From: Sulfolobales archaeon
GTDB taxonomy: Archaea > Thermoproteota > Thermoprotei_A > Sulfolobales > AG1
Assembly (NCBI GenBank): GCA_038867615.1
Contig: JAWBYA010000002.1
Span: 32,001 to 96,000, forward strand
DNA length: 64,000 nucleotides
Direction of reading: 5' to 3'
The position numbers and the translations under genes were made by a program. Below the pieces are notes generated by a model. The model was not told the DNA's origin and searched no databases. It saw nothing but the letters and a program-made list of their open reading frames with translations. Shown one piece after another: positions 61,863 through 64,000 of this stretch. Every line of letters starts with the position of its first letter. Within the stretch, counting starts at the first letter, position 1.

Positions 61863-62983
61863 GGGGCAACACCCATAGCCCTTACCACGAGCTCTGCAAC
61901 TATCCATGCATCTCTATAGTAGGCGGTTAGAGGGCTGAGCATGTTGTCAAGGCTGGGTGAGGCTGGGAATCCTATTGATACTCCTGCTAGGTAGGATATA
62001 GCATATATGCTTACTATAACTAGGGCTAGAACAGCTATCCTTCTAGGCGTGGGTTCTCTCTCCTCGCTAAACATGCTTCTCGAAAGGATACTCCATATTG
62101 TTAGAAACAATGCTAAGCCCATCGCCCCCAGAGCTATCCTTGAATATAGATCCTCCTGTCCGCTCGGTACCACTAGACCAGCTATTCTCAGGGCTTCCCT
62201 AACTATATAATATACAGGGGGTGTGATCACCGACGAGAGTACAAAGCCTCTTAAAGAGCTGAGGGGTGGTTTTATCCATCTCAAGTCAATAGATCTAGAT
62301 AGATCTGCGAGCGCAACCCTGGGACTGGGGATCACGTAAGAGACTATAGCCTCCGTAGCCTGTCTCGTCAACATATAGAACACCCCGAGCAGTATCGATG
62401 CTGTTAATATCGAGCCCACGGGATTGCTATTGAGGAAAGAAATAACCGGTGATAGATAGGGACTCACACTGTAAAGCTTAAACGAGAATATATATGATGC
62501 TATATACATAGATACAAACCCCGGAATCGCTATTATAAGGGCGAAGAATAGAGAGAAACCCTTCACAAGATCCTTTAAACCCGCCTCATAGCTGACTATC
62601 GGGGCTGCTTTGACCCCTCTATAGTGGTTTCTCACAACATCCATCACAAGGATCACGAATAAAACAATAATAGCCTGATAAAGCCCTACAGTTATGAGGA
62701 GATTGCCCCCCGATAACGATCCTGGCAGGATTACTAGGGAGGTAAAGAACAGTGTGAGCGTATATAGAGAGGGGGAGGGGATTATAAGCGTGGCTATGCA
62801 GCTGATAAGGGATACTAAGAGCAGTATCGGTATCGATGCTATATCAAGCCTGCCCCCTAGTATGAGCTGTGGTATTGATAGTATGAATGGAGCCTGCTCT
62901 ACTGTTTTTAGCGATATGGGCAATAGGATCGGTAGGATCGAGACTCTCGGTATGATTTCCGCAATTACTTTTAAGATCCTCAA
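61859..62983 (-). CDS. Hypothetical multi-pass membrane protein
   Basis: Many hydrophobic segments; overlaps both neighbours by 4 nt (translational coupling). Confidence 0.65.
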   Translation of the reverse strand: MRILKVIAEIIPRVSILPILLPISLKTVEQAPFILSIPQLILGGRLDIASIPILLLVSLISCIATLIIPSPSLYTLTLFFTSLVILPGSLSGGNLLITVGLYQAIIVLFVILVMDVVRNHYRGVKAAPIVSYEAGLKDLVKGFSLFFALIIAIPGFVSMYIASYIFSFKLYSVSPYLSPVISFLNSNPVGSILTASILLGVFYMLTRQATEAIVSYVIPSPRVALADLSRSIDLRWIKPPLSSLRGFVLSSVITPPVYYIVREALRIAGLVVPSGQEDLYSRIALGAMGLALFLTIWSILSRSMFSEEREPTPRRIAVLALVIVSIYAISYLAGVSIGFPASPSLDNMLSPLTAYYRDAWIVAELVVRAMGVAP

Positions 62984-64000
62984 GACCTCTCGATCTCCTC
63001 ATAATCCTTAATAGCCCTATCCATATATACTTCCTCAGGCTCGTGAGCATACCTAACCCTCTCATAGATCTTTGTTAGGTCTTCGAAAGAACCGGTGTTG
63101 GTGAGTCTCCCCCTAACCTTCTCAAGATATTCTCTATGTGTCTCGCTAGGTCTCTTTGGAACTTTTCTCGATAGGAGACTTACAGCCTTCCAATAGACAC
63201 CTATAACACCTCCTCTCCACACAATTTCTCTAGGGCTCGGCTTTTTCTTTAGCCCGGTGCTTCTCATAATCCTTGGTATAATACTCTGTATCCCTAGAAC
63301 AGCAACAATGGTTACTACTGATATACCTATAACTATAAGCACTAGTGAGAGGAAATCAAGCCCTGGTATAGACGATGGAACCGATATGTAAATGCTAGAC
63401 GGCATAACCCCCAGAGAGGTTTTTCTATTGCTCTCCCAACTCTCTTGCTGAGTAGGCCCTGAGGTCTCGGATGAAGCTAGTATCCCGGTAAGGCTCTTCA
63501 CAAGCCCTTCAGCTGTGTTGGAGAGGATCAGCTGTCTTATTGCTTCAAGCTGCATCCTATCGATCACCAGGGCCTGATCCCATAGTCCCTGTCTTAGCGA
63601 TGATCTCTTAAGCAGTTCCAGTGCTGCTACATATTCGTTTAGAGATATTCTTCCACCCCTGAAGAGACTATCAAGGATCCCTAGGGCGCTCTGATAATCA
63701 CTAACTCCCGATGATAATATACTGCTTATCAACTGACCCACCTCGGGATCGCTTATCAGCCTTCTAAGCGCCTCATCACCTAGGTATATCTGATCCACGC
63801 TATCCAGTATCTCATCAGCGATGATAGGGTCGAGGTAGCCTGATCTCTCAAGCTCTTTCACGCTTTGCTCAATACTAGCTCTAGCAGACCTGTTCTGGGC
63901 TAGACATGATAGAGTATCGCAACCCATGGTTACGTTCCTCAGAGCCTCGAGGATCTTTGAGAGGGATATGTTCAGATCCTCATACCTACCATACCCATTA
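62980..64000 (-). CDS. DUF4129 domain-containing protein (5' partial)
   Basis: C-terminal SETHREY..F..LT..YE..RY motif after a TM helix; the frame stays open to the window edge. Confidence 0.75.
   Translation of the reverse strand, partial: NGYGRYEDLNISLSKILEALRNVTMGCDTLSCLAQNRSARASIEQSVKELERSGYLDPIIADEILDSVDQIYLGDEALRRLISDPEVGQLISSILSSGVSDYQSALGILDSLFRGGRISLNEYVAALELLKRSSLRQGLWDQALVIDRMQLEAIRQLILSNTAEGLVKSLTGILASSETSGPTQQESWESNRKTSLGVMPSSIYISVPSSIPGLDFLSLVLIVIGISVVTIVAVLGIQSIIPRIMRSTGLKKKPSPREIVWRGGVIGVYWKAVSLLSRKVPKRPSETHREYLEKVRGRLTNTGSFEDLTKIYERVRYAHEPEEVYMDRAIKDYEEIERS

Overview
64-kb piece of a crenarchaeal (Thermoproteota, Desulfurococcales-like) chromosome. The assignment rests on Rpo8, SmAP3, PolB3, an unsplit Rpo2 and a tRNA-Lys with a 45/46 intron. 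The left end encodes a Tat-exported type II DMSO-reductase-family molybdoenzyme (alpha and beta subunits) resembling periplasmic NXR/NAR; it is compositionally foreign and apparently starts at ATA. About 5-35 kb is mostly housekeeping: rpl15e, tgtA, Lsm, rpo8, the rpoH-B-A'-A''-L30e-nusA operon, rnp4, pheST, csl4, polB3 and two complete tRNAs. About 35-64 kb is transport and envelope rich: MacB-type, NitT/TauT and Dpp ABC systems, an MMPL protein, a CaCA antiporter and DUF4350/DUF4129 genes. The most striking signals lie outside the ORF track: (1) an isolated tRNA-Asp/Glu 5' half with its own promoter, a GC-rich trailer and a terminator, i.e. a probable trans-spliced split tRNA broken just before the anticodon (32/33); (2) a stand-alone TnpB omega-RNA-like pseudoknot RNA with no tnpB; (3) a C/D guide RNA; (4) strong GATC over-representation; (5) a DppC carrying a beta-propeller, next to an S66 peptidase; (6) a proteasome-like protein lacking the catalytic Thr. 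No CRISPR array, rRNA, integrase or transposase gene was seen. All family assignments come from motif recognition by eye; no searches were run.
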